A stretch of 64,000 nucleotides of DNA from a virus (IMGVR_UViG_3300013383_000020:44518-108517); one strand, 5' to 3'. Shown: positions 48,588 to 59,368, counted from the first letter of the stretch. Made by a program: numbers and translations. Notes: generated by a model from the sequence alone, not told the origin.

Positions 48588-50870
48588 TTGGATGAAGATG
48601 AGATTTATAAATTTACAGCAACTATAACCTTTGAACAATGGTACAACGAGGATTCAACGTGGGGCGTATTTGGATTTTCAACAAAAGATGATATTCCGTT
48701 CTTTACAAAACCTACAAAAACATTCGATCCGTTTGGCGATAATAATTCTGCAAATGATATTGATGATAAAAAGATGAGTAAGTTGGCAGGAAAGATGCAA
48801 CATTTAGTTGTGGGTGGAGAATATGTAGTTAAGGCGAAATACAAAAAGGATAAAAAATATGGCGATCAATATGCACCGATTGCCATATACGCCATTATTC
48901 CACAAAGCAGAGAGACACAGTTATTATTTTTGAAGTCAATGATTCCTGAATGGATGGCTGATAATTTAATAAATGCATACCCAAATGTGGTAAATGATGT
49001 AGCGAATGGAACACTAAAAACTATTGATTACAGTCTTGTAAAGGGTGTTAGAGAAATTACTTGGAATAAAATCAAGGAAAAAATCATCAATAACTATCTC
49101 ATTTCTGACATTATTATGATGTTAAAACCACTTGGTGTTACTTATGCGATGATTAAAAAACTTCTATCCGATGAACCAAATCCAGTTTTATTAAAACAAG
49201 AAATTGAAAAAAATCCCTGGGTTTTAACTCGTGTGGAAGGTTTGGGATTCAGACGTGTCGATGACCTTGCCTTAAAATTAAAACCTGAATTGATTGACTC
49301 TACACAAAGACTTGTGGCTTTTATCCAATACTATTTCAAAGACTTAGGAGAAAGTAAGGGTCATACATGGTGTTCTGAGAAGATTTTAAGGGCAGCAATA
49401 AGCAATAATATATACGAGTGTTGCAATAAGGTTGATTGGCTATTAGAAAATAATGACTTTCTTCATATTGATAATGGTCGAATTGGTCTGAAATATTATT
49501 ACGATATTGAGATGCAGATTTATCATTTAATTCTGAATAAATCTAAAATTGAAACAACAATCAATATTTCTGATGAAGCGATTGATAAAGCAATTAAACA
49601 TGCGGAAGAAGAACAAGGATTTGATTATGTGGTAGAACAGTTAGACACGATTCATAAGAGTTTACATAGAACTGTTAGTCTAATAACTGGAAAAGCAGGA
49701 ACTGGTAAAACGTCAATAATGCGAGCAATTGTTAAGGCTTATATGGAGAATAATTATATGATGACAGCTTCAGCACTTTCAGCAATGGCAGCTCAAAGAA
49801 TTACAGAAGCAACAGAATTTCCTGCAATGACTATTCATAGAACACTTGGATGCCAAGGATTAAACGATTTTACATACAACAAGGACAACCATCTAATTAC
49901 AGATGTTGCATTTCTCGATGAGGGAAGTATGGTTAATGCCAGTTTGTTTTTACATTGGCTTGAAGCAATCGGAGATAATACAAGAATTATCATTTCAGGC
50001 GATCATAAGCAGTTACCACCTATCGGATTTGGTAATGTGTTCTCAGATTTGATTGAAATATTTGATGACTCAGTTGTGAGCAAGTTAGTAAAACCTATGA
50101 GACAAGCAGAAAAATCAGGAATTCTTGTTGATGCAAATAAGATTCGTGAGAATATAAATCCTATATCTGAAAAGTTACAGCCACGAATTATTCATGGTGA
50201 GTTACAAGATATGTATTATATGTTCCGCACAAATCGACAGTCGTTATTCAATATTGCTGTTAAGACATTTATTAAATCTGTTGAATCAGATGGAATCGAC
50301 AATGTGGTTATTGCAGTACCTCGTAGAAAAGATTGTTTAAATAGCACCAATGAAATTAACAAGGTTATTCAGAATGAGTTACTTGGTGATGTTTTAGAAA
50401 GCATTGAAGGTTTTGATACCATTTTTAAACTTGGTGCGAAAGTCATGCAAACAGTTAATGATTATGACAAAAATGTATTTAATGGTGAGATTGGCTATGT
50501 GACAAAAATCAGTGAAAGATATGATGGTAAGAAAAAAGAAGAATATTGTGAAGTTACTTACACTGATATTTTTGGCAAAGACAAAATTATTGAATACACA
50601 AAGAAAGAATTAGCTGCTTTGGATCTTGCTTATGCCATGACGGTACATAAATTACAGGGTGCTGGTCGAAAGACTGTAATCGGCATTATTGACAATACAC
50701 ATCATCAGCTTCTTGATAACTGTATGCTTTATACATTACTTACGAGAGCAAAGAAGAGATGTTTGCTATTAGCTGAACCAGAAGCATTTTTACAGTGTAT
50801 TAGGACAAGTCATAACAATAGAAACACTTGGATGATGTTAGAAACAGAGAATAATACAGTAGAAGAGTAA
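48588..50870 (+). CDS. recD2: RecD2-like SF1 helicase
   Basis: GKAGTGKT, DEGSM, GDHKQLP, AYAMTVHKLQG. Confidence 0.92.
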   Translation: MDEDEIYKFTATITFEQWYNEDSTWGVFGFSTKDDIPFFTKPTKTFDPFGDNNSANDIDDKKMSKLAGKMQHLVVGGEYVVKAKYKKDKKYGDQYAPIAIYAIIPQSRETQLLFLKSMIPEWMADNLINAYPNVVNDVANGTLKTIDYSLVKGVREITWNKIKEKIINNYLISDIIMMLKPLGVTYAMIKKLLSDEPNPVLLKQEIEKNPWVLTRVEGLGFRRVDDLALKLKPELIDSTQRLVAFIQYYFKDLGESKGHTWCSEKILRAAISNNIYECCNKVDWLLENNDFLHIDNGRIGLKYYYDIEMQIYHLILNKSKIETTINISDEAIDKAIKHAEEEQGFDYVVEQLDTIHKSLHRTVSLITGKAGTGKTSIMRAIVKAYMENNYMMTASALSAMAAQRITEATEFPAMTIHRTLGCQGLNDFTYNKDNHLITDVAFLDEGSMVNASLFLHWLEAIGDNTRIIISGDHKQLPPIGFGNVFSDLIEIFDDSVVSKLVKPMRQAEKSGILVDANKIRENINPISEKLQPRIIHGELQDMYYMFRTNRQSLFNIAVKTFIKSVESDGIDNVVIAVPRRKDCLNSTNEINKVIQNELLGDVLESIEGFDTIFKLGAKVMQTVNDYDKNVFNGEIGYVTKISERYDGKKKEEYCEVTYTDIFGKDKIIEYTKKELAALDLAYAMTVHKLQGAGRKTVIGIIDNTHHQLLDNCMLYTLLTRAKKRCLLLAEPEAFLQCIRTSHNNRNTWMMLETENNTVEE

Positions 50871-50918
50871 TTTGGATTTCTGGAATGCCCATAAATAGGG
50901 TGTTTCAGAGACTTAAAA

Positions 50919-50946
50919 AGCCAATGAATGACGGATTTCATGCGGA
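50919..50946. repeat. dif-like dyad site (atgaat-gacgga-tttcat)
   Basis: Strict consensus; right edge of replication module; degenerate copy at 50860-50887. Confidence 0.85.
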
Positions 50947-50953
50947 GGATTTT

Positions 50954-51274
50954 ATGAGTGAATTAAAAGAGATTATTAAAAATTCAGACAGATATAATAA
51001 ATTTACATTATTAGACGAACCTATATCATTTGAAGAATTATTTAAAGATGAAAATTTTGATTGTGTACAACTACATTCAACACATATATTTTCCTATAAA
51101 AATGGAGTTCAAGATATTGTAGGATTTTGTGGAGTATTTAGTTGGATAAATAATGATATAAAATCATTAGATGGCGATTCTTATAGTGACAACTTTAAGG
51201 TCATTGGATATGAAAGATTTACAACGCAAGACAAGGATAAATGCATTGATATCCTTGTAGACGATGATTGGTAA
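50954..51274 (+). CDS. hypothetical protein
   Basis: ggagg RBS. Confidence 0.7.
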   Translation: MSELKEIIKNSDRYNKFTLLDEPISFEELFKDENFDCVQLHSTHIFSYKNGVQDIVGFCGVFSWINNDIKSLDGDSYSDNFKVIGYERFTTQDKDKCIDILVDDDW

Positions 51275-51425
51275 TAATTTGTCACAATTTCTATATAATA
51301 TTCGAGACATTTCTTAGAGCAAATCGCTCATCATTTCACAAATAAAAAGAGAATAAATAATCAGGAGGTGATTCTTATAGAATGGTACGTTTATTATCAT
51401 GATTTTAATTATAAGGAGGTAATTT

Positions 51426-52184
51426 ATGGCTAAGATATCCATAGGAGATAAGTTTGGTATGTTGACAGTAGTTGAACAAGGCGAAGATTATATTAGTCCT
51501 AATGGATCGAAAGATAAAAGATGGTATTGTCTATGTGACTGTGGAAATCCAAATAAAAAGTTGGTGAGAGACACAAATTTAAAATATAATCGTGTTAAAA
51601 GTTGTGGATGTTTAAAAGGAAAATTTCTAAAAGAATATTATAAAAATAAAAACGAATATATATTTAATAAAGATTATTGCGAATGTGTTTTGTCAAATAA
51701 CAAACATGTAAAGATTGATATAGAGGATTATGATTTATTAAAAAATTTTGGTTGGTATGATAATGGAATTGGTTATGTAAGAACTGGAATTACATTAAAT
51801 GGCAATTTTAAAAGATTTTATATGCATGATTTTATCATGGGGTGTATAAATGAAAAATATGATTTTGTTAATGAAAAATATGTAGTAGATCATATAAATC
51901 ATGATACATATGATAATAGAAAAAAGAATTTAAGAGTAATTACACAAAGTCAAAATATAATGAATTCTAAATTACAAAAGAATAATAAATCGGGAATATC
52001 TGGTGTTTATTTTGATGATGATTATAAAAGGTGGATGGCTCGTATTACAAAAAATAGAGAAGTTATCCTTTTAGGAAGTTTTGCGAATTATAATGATGCC
52101 GTTGAAGCCAGAAGAAGTGCTGAAGAAAAATATTTTGGTGAATATTCTTATGATAACAGTATGAAAATATCAAAAGATATGTAA
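51426..52184 (+). CDS. HNH (AP2-like) homing endonuclease
   Basis: CLCDCG, SCGC, DHINHDTYDNRKKNLR. Confidence 0.88.
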   Translation: MAKISIGDKFGMLTVVEQGEDYISPNGSKDKRWYCLCDCGNPNKKLVRDTNLKYNRVKSCGCLKGKFLKEYYKNKNEYIFNKDYCECVLSNNKHVKIDIEDYDLLKNFGWYDNGIGYVRTGITLNGNFKRFYMHDFIMGCINEKYDFVNEKYVVDHINHDTYDNRKKNLRVITQSQNIMNSKLQKNNKSGISGVYFDDDYKRWMARITKNREVILLGSFANYNDAVEARRSAEEKYFGEYSYDNSMKISKDM

Positions 52185-52450
52185 TCATTGCTTCTTGGGT
52201 AGGAGATGCTAAAGAAGTGAAGATTGATATTTATGACCAAATAATGATGAATTTTGACAAATTCGTTGATTATGTTTGGTCATTCAAGGAGGAAAATAAT
52301 GAATAAATACATATTTGTAACAAACGGTATGGCTCGTTCAGGTAAAGATACATTTGCAGCCTTAATGAATGAGTTTATACCAACAAAAAAGTATTCATCT
52401 ATTGATTACATTAAGGAAATTGCTAAGTTATGTGGTTGGGATGGTCAAAA

Positions 52451-54123
52451 GTTTGAAACAAAGAAGTAGAGGTTATCCGAGAAAATAGAGCATAACAAAT
52501 AAACCATCCCAGGGGGTGGCTTGAAAAATTAAATATTAACGCAACACCTAATCAGGAAACTGCTAAAGGCTTATCCTTTATGATGTAGCCCCGTTGTTTC
52601 AAAAGATTAAGTGCCTGTGAAGTGGAAAGAACTTTTTCCTCTTTTACAGGACGGGATTCAAGAAAACCTTCTGGAGTATATGGCTTTAAATCTGAAAGTA
52701 TGTGCCAGATAGCGGTCAGGATCATACGACAGACAGCAATGATGGCTTTCTTGTGACCACGGCGTGCTTTGATACGCTTGTAGCGGTTAGTAAATTCGGA
52801 ATGCTTTTTCGATTTGATTAAAGCATTTGCAACTTGCACCAGAACTGGTTTAAAATAAGAACCGGCACGGGAAATCCGAGTGGATTTGATTTTTTGATTG
52901 CTTTGATCGTTACGAGGACAGCATCCTGCCCATGAGACGAGGTGTTTCGCTGTGGGGAAGACAGACATATCACCACCAATCTCTGAAAGCACTTGAACAG
53001 CAGTCATCGGATTTTTATCGAATCCGGGAACAGTCCTTATTAAGTTTAAAGCAGCCTCATATTTATCACTGAGACGAAGGATTTCCTGTTCTATTTCTGA
53101 AATGTGCCTGTTCAGTTCATCGATGTGATCAAGACACTGTCTGAGTTTAACCGCTTGTTCTTTTGAAATGGCACCATCAACAGCAGCTTGTATTTCTTCG
53201 ATAGGAGTTTTACATCTGCCATCCACAAAAGGTGACACATCAAATGTTTCCCCGGGGTGTTGCAAAATCTGTTCTGTAATAGAACGGGAAGATTTACCAA
53301 ATACATCAGAAAAGACATCGTCAAGTTTTAGATTGGATACGGTAAGACAATTCTGAGCACGATTTTTTTCACCAGTGATCATGCAGGTGAGTTTATATCG
53401 GTATCTTACAAGATCTCGAAGCTCTCTGATGTCAGCAGGTGGAATGAAAGAAGGTTTCACCATTCCACACATGTAAAGGTCACAAATCCATTTCGCATCC
53501 TTGCGGTCGGTCTTGTTCCCTTTCATTGGTTTTGTGTATTTGGGATGAGAAAGAGTAACCCATAGATTGTGTTGCTCTAAAATGTTAAAAACAGGGATCC
53601 AGTACTTACCGGTAGATTCCATACAGACATCTGTACAGTTATATTTTGCAAGCCAATCACACAGCTCATTCAATCCTTTAGTAAAGGAAGAAAAGCGAGC
53701 TTGCTTATATTCAGTACGATTATTGGAATCTGTGATACCGATGCAGGCATAGATCCATGTTTTGTGGACGTCAAGTCCACAGCAGTTAAATTTTAAGATT
53801 TTAAAAGACAAAAAAATAACCTCCTGAAATTTATAGTTATAAAACTGACAGTGACTGGTCATCCGGCGAGATCGAGTCGACTTCGGAAGAGATAAGTTTA
53901 CGGGCTATTGTTATGCGCCACTCATTGATGCCTTAACGGATGACCGACAACATATACATATACGAGGTCGCCGCTATACAGCCCCGCCACTCACCTCCAC
54001 GTGTTCTGTAGTATGCCAGTCTTATAACATAATAATATCAGAAGAAATATAAATTAGATAGCGAAAGCTAATGCACATGTTTCATGACGCATTGGTGTCT
54101 TTCGCAGAAAGACGGGTAATACA
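52451..54123 (-). mobile_element. IS110-family element (ends approximate)
   Basis: Interrupts kinase ORF; no terminal inverted repeats. Confidence 0.85.
52552..53811 (-). CDS. IS110 transposase/recombinase
   Basis: GLDVHK, MESTG, KTDRKDA, SWAGCCP..DQS. Confidence 0.93.
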   Translation of the reverse strand: MSFKILKFNCCGLDVHKTWIYACIGITDSNNRTEYKQARFSSFTKGLNELCDWLAKYNCTDVCMESTGKYWIPVFNILEQHNLWVTLSHPKYTKPMKGNKTDRKDAKWICDLYMCGMVKPSFIPPADIRELRDLVRYRYKLTCMITGEKNRAQNCLTVSNLKLDDVFSDVFGKSSRSITEQILQHPGETFDVSPFVDGRCKTPIEEIQAAVDGAISKEQAVKLRQCLDHIDELNRHISEIEQEILRLSDKYEAALNLIRTVPGFDKNPMTAVQVLSEIGGDMSVFPTAKHLVSWAGCCPRNDQSNQKIKSTRISRAGSYFKPVLVQVANALIKSKKHSEFTNRYKRIKARRGHKKAIIAVCRMILTAIWHILSDLKPYTPEGFLESRPVKEEKVLSTSQALNLLKQRGYIIKDKPLAVS

Positions 54124-54468
54124 TATGAAAAATCAAGAAAATTCTTATCAGATCTAAAAGTTCTAACAAGTCAGTATAACGATCTTCCATTTAAAAGAAT
54201 TCAGAATCAAATTGATGAATTTAATAAAGATGAAAAATATAACGTTTTGCTTATTGATATTCGTGAACCAGAAGAGATAAGAAAATTATGTAATAATTAT
54301 AATTATGTAAAAACTATTTTAATAAGAAGAAATTCTGTTAAAAATATCACATCTAATATGGCTGATGCAGGCGTATTTGATTATGATTACGATTTTGTTA
54401 TTGAGAACAATGGAACAATAGATGAACTTAAAAACACCGTTAAAAATTTTATAAAAGAGAATATTAAT

Positions 54469-54496
54469 GTGTGAAGAAATTGGACTTGCATTGGGA
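54469..54496. repeat. dif-like dyad site (aagaaa-ttggac-ttgcat)
   Basis: One mismatch, at stop codon, tggga outer arm. Confidence 0.7.
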
Positions 54497-54516
54497 TTTG
54501 AAAATAGGAGGATTAA

Positions 54517-55203
54517 ATGGGAACAATCACAATTTTACCAGAAACAACTAAGAATCCAATTACATTAATGGGACAGAGAGCCGGTGTATGCTGGGGAGCA
54601 AATGTTTCTGACAATGAAAAAAATTATAAACGTGGTCTTGACTGCATTAAGTCGGGACATGGTAGGGTTATGGAATACGTCAATGTAGAAATGATTATTG
54701 ATGGATATTCTGCAAAAGTTCTGAGAGAGTATTATACACATATTGGTGGATCACCTACAAGGCTTCAAGCAAGTACAAGATATATTGATTATTCTAAAGG
54801 CGATGGATTCAAATACACTACTCCACATACTATTGAAGAAGATTCAACTTTATACGAAGAATGGGTACAATTAATGGTTAATATCAATCAGAGTATAGAA
54901 TATTTTATAGCAAATGGAATACCTGTGGAAGATGCAACGATGTTACTCCCATTGGCATATACTTCAAAAATGGTAGACAAGCGTAATCTTAGAAATCTCG
55001 TAGATATGAGCAGACAGCGCATGTGCAGTCGTGCATACTGGGAATATAGAGAATTATTTAGAGATATTTGTAATGCTTTAAAAGAATATTCAGATGAGTG
55101 GAAACGGATTATAGATAATCTTTTTCATGCGAAGTGTGATGAAGTTGGTTATTGTACAGAGACCAAATCATGCGGTAGAAAACCTAAAAAGGAGAATAAA
55201 TAA
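54517..55203 (+). CDS. thyX: FAD-dependent thymidylate synthase
   Basis: SGHGRVMEY, QASTRY, RNL...QRMCSRAYWEYR. Confidence 0.88.
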   Translation: MGTITILPETTKNPITLMGQRAGVCWGANVSDNEKNYKRGLDCIKSGHGRVMEYVNVEMIIDGYSAKVLREYYTHIGGSPTRLQASTRYIDYSKGDGFKYTTPHTIEEDSTLYEEWVQLMVNINQSIEYFIANGIPVEDATMLLPLAYTSKMVDKRNLRNLVDMSRQRMCSRAYWEYRELFRDICNALKEYSDEWKRIIDNLFHAKCDEVGYCTETKSCGRKPKKENK

Positions 55204-55515
55204 ATGACGAAGGTATCACAACATTCAGAAATGCGCCTGAAAGAACGTTGTGGTTTTAATAAAAAGAGTATGAATCGCATGTCCGATAAGGCGTATAAAT
55301 ATGGTGTAACCCATTCTGAGGTTACGGGAAGTCTAAAAAGATGGATGGATAAATTATATCTGTCCTATGGCAAATCTAATAATACACGTCTATATGGTGA
55401 TAAGGCATATTTGTTCAATGATAATTGCCTTATCACTGTCATACAAATTCCAAATAATTTGTTACCGACAGCATTAAAAATACAAAGAAGGAAAGGAGAA
55501 GAATTGAATGAATAA
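55204..55515 (+). CDS. hypothetical protein
   Basis: ORF. Confidence 0.7.
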   Translation: MTKVSQHSEMRLKERCGFNKKSMNRMSDKAYKYGVTHSEVTGSLKRWMDKLYLSYGKSNNTRLYGDKAYLFNDNCLITVIQIPNNLLPTALKIQRRKGEELNE

Positions 55516-55711
55516 TGAATTTGACAAATTAGATGACTCTATTTCTAAAGAATTTTATTGCAATTTGGTATCTTCATTAGAAGATTTTTACAATAAAAGT
55601 AAAACTTTTGGAGAAAGAGCATTAATGGGAGATATTATTCTTCTTGTAAATAATAAGTGTGATTTAAAGGATAATAAAATTGAAAGGAAGTTTGAAGATG
55701 AGAAATCCTAA
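55508..55711 (+). CDS. hypothetical protein
   Basis: ORF. Confidence 0.6.
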   Translation: MNNEFDKLDDSISKEFYCNLVSSLEDFYNKSKTFGERALMGDIILLVNNKCDLKDNKIERKFEDEKS

Positions 55712-55904
55712 TAGAATTGATACTTTTACCTCGGAATTGAATAGGATATGGAAAACATATTATAGTGATTGGCGTTTTGGACAATTTATGTCAAATTTTC
55801 TTGGATTTGTGGTGAGTCAGAAGGAAAGAGACATTTTCTTCCCGGAGGAACCAGAAATGCTTACATATTTAAAAGAATACTGCGGAGAGAAGAAAAATGG
55901 ATAA
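55698..55904 (+). CDS. hypothetical phage protein
   Basis: MRNPNRID...DWRFGQ. Confidence 0.7.
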   Translation: MRNPNRIDTFTSELNRIWKTYYSDWRFGQFMSNFLGFVVSQKERDIFFPEEPEMLTYLKEYCGEKKNG

Positions 55905-57855
55905 ACTAGAAAGAATAAAACAGCTTATTAAAGATTTAAATAATGCGTCAGATGCTTATTATAATCAAATTCCAATTATGCCTGATTATGAATGGGATAA
56001 ATTATATGACGAATTAGCAACACTAGAATATGTTACAGGTATTGTATTAGCAAACAGTCCAACATATAATGTTGGTTATTCAGTTGCAGATAAATTAAAA
56101 GAGGTCGAACATAATCATCCGATGCTCTCTCTTGACAAAACAAAATCTGTTGATGAATTGATTGAATTTGCTAGAAACAAAAATTGTTTTTTATCTGTAA
56201 AAGCCGATGGATTAACTACTTCACTTCATTATATTGATGGTAAGTTAATTGGTGCAGAAACTAGAGGTGACGGAGTAAGAGGTACTGAATGTTTTCAGAA
56301 TGTTTTGACAATGAATAATGTACCTAAAGAAATTCCATATAAAGATGAATTGATTATTGATGGTGAAACAATTATTGGATGGGACACTTTCAGAGAGATT
56401 AATGGTAAATTACCAGAAGATAAGAAATATAAACACCCAAGAAATCTTGTATCTGGCTCACTACAATTGCTTGATAGTAAAGAAGCTGCAAGCAGAAATA
56501 TGAGATTTATTGCATGGAGAGTTATCAAAGGATTCGAACATAAATCTCCAAGCTATGATTTGTTTTTAGCTGAACAAAATGGATTTGAAATTGTTCCGTT
56601 TGTAAAATTTTCTAAGGGACATACAAAAGATGATTTGGTTAGTGTTCTCGATGATATTAGAACTCTTGCTGAAAAATCCAATATTCCATATGACGGTGCG
56701 GTTATGGCGGTAGACAATTATGAATTGGCCGACTCTATGGGACGCACTGATAAATTTTTTAGACATTCTATGGCTTATAAGTATGAGGATGAATTATTTG
56801 AAACCGTACTTACGGATATTAAATGGAATACCTCTAAGACAGGTTTAATTAATCCTGTGGCAATCTTCAAGCCTGTTGACTTAAATGGAGCAATTACCAC
56901 AAGAGCAACGCTACATAATATCACATATATTAAAGATATGATGCTTGGAATTGGAGATAGAATTAGAGTTTATCGTTCAAACATGGTTATTCCAAAAGTG
57001 CATGATAGCATTGATAAGAGTGGTAATTTTAATATTCCTAATAAATGCCCTATATGTGGTCAGTCTACAAGAATTATTAAAGAGAACGATTCAGAAGTTC
57101 TTATGTGTGAGAATCCAGATTGCAAGGGTAAGCTTTTAGGTAGATTAGTTCACGCAGCAAGTCGAAACGCATTGGATATCGAAAATCTCTCGGAATCCAC
57201 AATTGAAAAATTCATCAATCTTGGTTGGCTAAACTCAATTAAGGACATTTATCATCTATCAAGTCATAAAAATGAAATGAAAACATTAGAAGGTTTCGGT
57301 AAAAAGTCCGTTGAAAAACTTCTTTCATCTATCGAAAAATCTCGAACTGTTGATCTTGAAGATTTCTTAAATTCATTATCAGTTCCATTATTAGGTAAGT
57401 CAGCAAGTCGAATGATTGCAGAATCAGTTGATTATGAATTTGGCATTTGGATGAAGCAGATGACAGTAGGCGGAGCAAAGCATTTTAGATATTTGCCTGG
57501 TGTTGGCGACGTTTTAATTAATTCATTAGATGATTATTTTGGAAAACATTGTTCTGATATTTGGGAGCTATCTAAAGAATTTACATTCACATCAAAAGAA
57601 AAGACAAATTTATCAAATACATCATTGAATGGTAAAACATTCGTTATTACAGGTTCATTGCATAAATTCGAGAATCGAGATAAAGCAAAGAAAGCGATTG
57701 AAGATTGTGGTGGTAAGGTCACAGGTAGCGTATCTAAGAATACTTCTTTTCTTGTATGCAATGAAGACGCTGGATCATCTAAATCTAAAAAAGCAAAAAA
57801 ATTGGGTGTTCCTGTAATCACAGAAGAAGAACTTATCACAATGTTGTCTTGTTAA
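55897..57855 (+). CDS. ligA: NAD-dependent DNA ligase
   Basis: PMLSL, KADG, TRGDG, Zn finger, BRCT. Confidence 0.95.
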   Translation: MDKLERIKQLIKDLNNASDAYYNQIPIMPDYEWDKLYDELATLEYVTGIVLANSPTYNVGYSVADKLKEVEHNHPMLSLDKTKSVDELIEFARNKNCFLSVKADGLTTSLHYIDGKLIGAETRGDGVRGTECFQNVLTMNNVPKEIPYKDELIIDGETIIGWDTFREINGKLPEDKKYKHPRNLVSGSLQLLDSKEAASRNMRFIAWRVIKGFEHKSPSYDLFLAEQNGFEIVPFVKFSKGHTKDDLVSVLDDIRTLAEKSNIPYDGAVMAVDNYELADSMGRTDKFFRHSMAYKYEDELFETVLTDIKWNTSKTGLINPVAIFKPVDLNGAITTRATLHNITYIKDMMLGIGDRIRVYRSNMVIPKVHDSIDKSGNFNIPNKCPICGQSTRIIKENDSEVLMCENPDCKGKLLGRLVHAASRNALDIENLSESTIEKFINLGWLNSIKDIYHLSSHKNEMKTLEGFGKKSVEKLLSSIEKSRTVDLEDFLNSLSVPLLGKSASRMIAESVDYEFGIWMKQMTVGGAKHFRYLPGVGDVLINSLDDYFGKHCSDIWELSKEFTFTSKEKTNLSNTSLNGKTFVITGSLHKFENRDKAKKAIEDCGGKVTGSVSKNTSFLVCNEDAGSSKSKKAKKLGVPVITEEELITMLSC

Positions 57856-57897
57856 TTTCAATTATTTTTTTCATTTTTTCGGAGAATATATCTATAG

Positions 57898-58620
57898 ATG
57901 GATTCCCATCAAATATTTAATACAAAGGAGTTGGTTATTATTTCAACGAAGCACGTCAATTTATTAACTTATGCATACGAATTTATTGTAATGATTATCA
58001 TGGTGATCATTCTCGTTTGCTTTGTACAACAAAACAAAGAAATTATTGAACTGCGTCAGAAATGTGGTGAATATGAATACGAATTAAGTTTATATAAACC
58101 AGAATTTAATCCAGTTGCAACAGTAAGCGATGCTACTGAATTAGATGCAACCGAGACAGATTCTGTTCCCGCTGCACCAGTTGACCTACATAATGATAGA
58201 GAATTAATGAAGGAGAACGGTGTGGTAATGATTGTGCCTGATAAGGTTGAGATTGAAGAAGTACAGGAAGAGTATGTTGGTTCATCTGCTCCAACAACAC
58301 AATCTAAACAGTATTATAGCACATCTGGGTTAACTGCATCTAGTGGAGTCAATTATTATGGCGACCAAAAAGAAACATATTATAACCTAAATATGAATCA
58401 AGTTGTAGCAAATGCTCAAGCAGCAGGAATTCAAGGTGAGTATTGGGTTCGTGAGGATGGCGTAAAGATGTATGGCGACTATGTTATTATAGCCGCAAAT
58501 TTAGATGTACATCCAAGAGGTTCAACAGTGGAAACTTCTCTAGGTACAGGAATTGTACTTGATACAGGTAGCTTTGCCAATGACAACCCAACACAAGTTG
58601 ATATTGCAACAGATTGGTAG
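57898..58620 (+). CDS. membrane-anchored 3D-domain-like cell-wall protein
   Basis: TM helix; IAAN...RGSTVETSLG.GIVLDTG...VDI. Confidence 0.6.
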   Translation: MDSHQIFNTKELVIISTKHVNLLTYAYEFIVMIIMVIILVCFVQQNKEIIELRQKCGEYEYELSLYKPEFNPVATVSDATELDATETDSVPAAPVDLHNDRELMKENGVVMIVPDKVEIEEVQEEYVGSSAPTTQSKQYYSTSGLTASSGVNYYGDQKETYYNLNMNQVVANAQAAGIQGEYWVREDGVKMYGDYVIIAANLDVHPRGSTVETSLGTGIVLDTGSFANDNPTQVDIATDW

Positions 58621-58633
58621 GAAGGAGAAGAAG

Positions 58634-59191
58634 ATGACTCATAAGGTTTATTGTGTAATCGGTAGAACAGCATCTGGCAAAACAACTATTGTCGATGCCG
58701 TAGCAAAGAATCTTAATATGAATATATTGCAGTCATATACAACTCGTTCTCGCAGAAGTAATGAAGTAGGAGATAATTGTGGACATACTTTTATCTCCAC
58801 TTCAGAAGTTGATCAGTATAGAGATGATATGGTAGCTTACACAGAACGAGTTGGATATTGCAGCTTTGCGACAAAACAGCAACTAATGAATAATGATTTT
58901 TATGTAATCAATCCAAGCGGATTTTCTGAACTCGTGGAGAAAACAAAAGACATTCCTAACCTTAGATTAGTGGATATTTGGATTCGATGCGATAATGATA
59001 CATTAATGCAAAGAGCTAAGAAGCGTGACAATTACGATGATTGGTTTGCAAACTTTAAGAAAGAAGAACAGGAATTTATGAAGTTCTATCCAGGAGTGAG
59101 CTATTCTTATATTGTAAATAATGCAGGAAAGTTATCAGATGCAATAGAAGAAGTTCAAAGAATCATTCAATTAGAAAAATATAAAGACTAG
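58634..59191 (+). CDS. guanylate kinase-like protein
   Basis: GRTASGKTT, SYTTR.RR..E, HTF. Confidence 0.8.
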   Translation: MTHKVYCVIGRTASGKTTIVDAVAKNLNMNILQSYTTRSRRSNEVGDNCGHTFISTSEVDQYRDDMVAYTERVGYCSFATKQQLMNNDFYVINPSGFSELVEKTKDIPNLRLVDIWIRCDNDTLMQRAKKRDNYDDWFANFKKEEQEFMKFYPGVSYSYIVNNAGKLSDAIEEVQRIIQLEKYKD

Positions 59192-59368
59192 GGGAGATGT
59201 GTAGTTATGTTTGAGAAATTATGCAAACACAAAAAGTATAAAATTATTAAATGTGATACTAATTCCCGTGTATATTATTGCGAATGTATTAAATGTGGTA
59301 AGCAATTTGATATGCCTAAAGCATTAGGAGAAGAATATATATGTGGATTAGTACAAGAAAGGAGATAG

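Larger units (their letters stand above)
52299..54474 (+). pseudogene. nucleotide kinase-like gene split by IS110
   Basis: NGMARSGKDT...GWDGQK, resumes YEKSRKFLSDLK...DIREPEE...IENNG. Confidence 0.8.
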
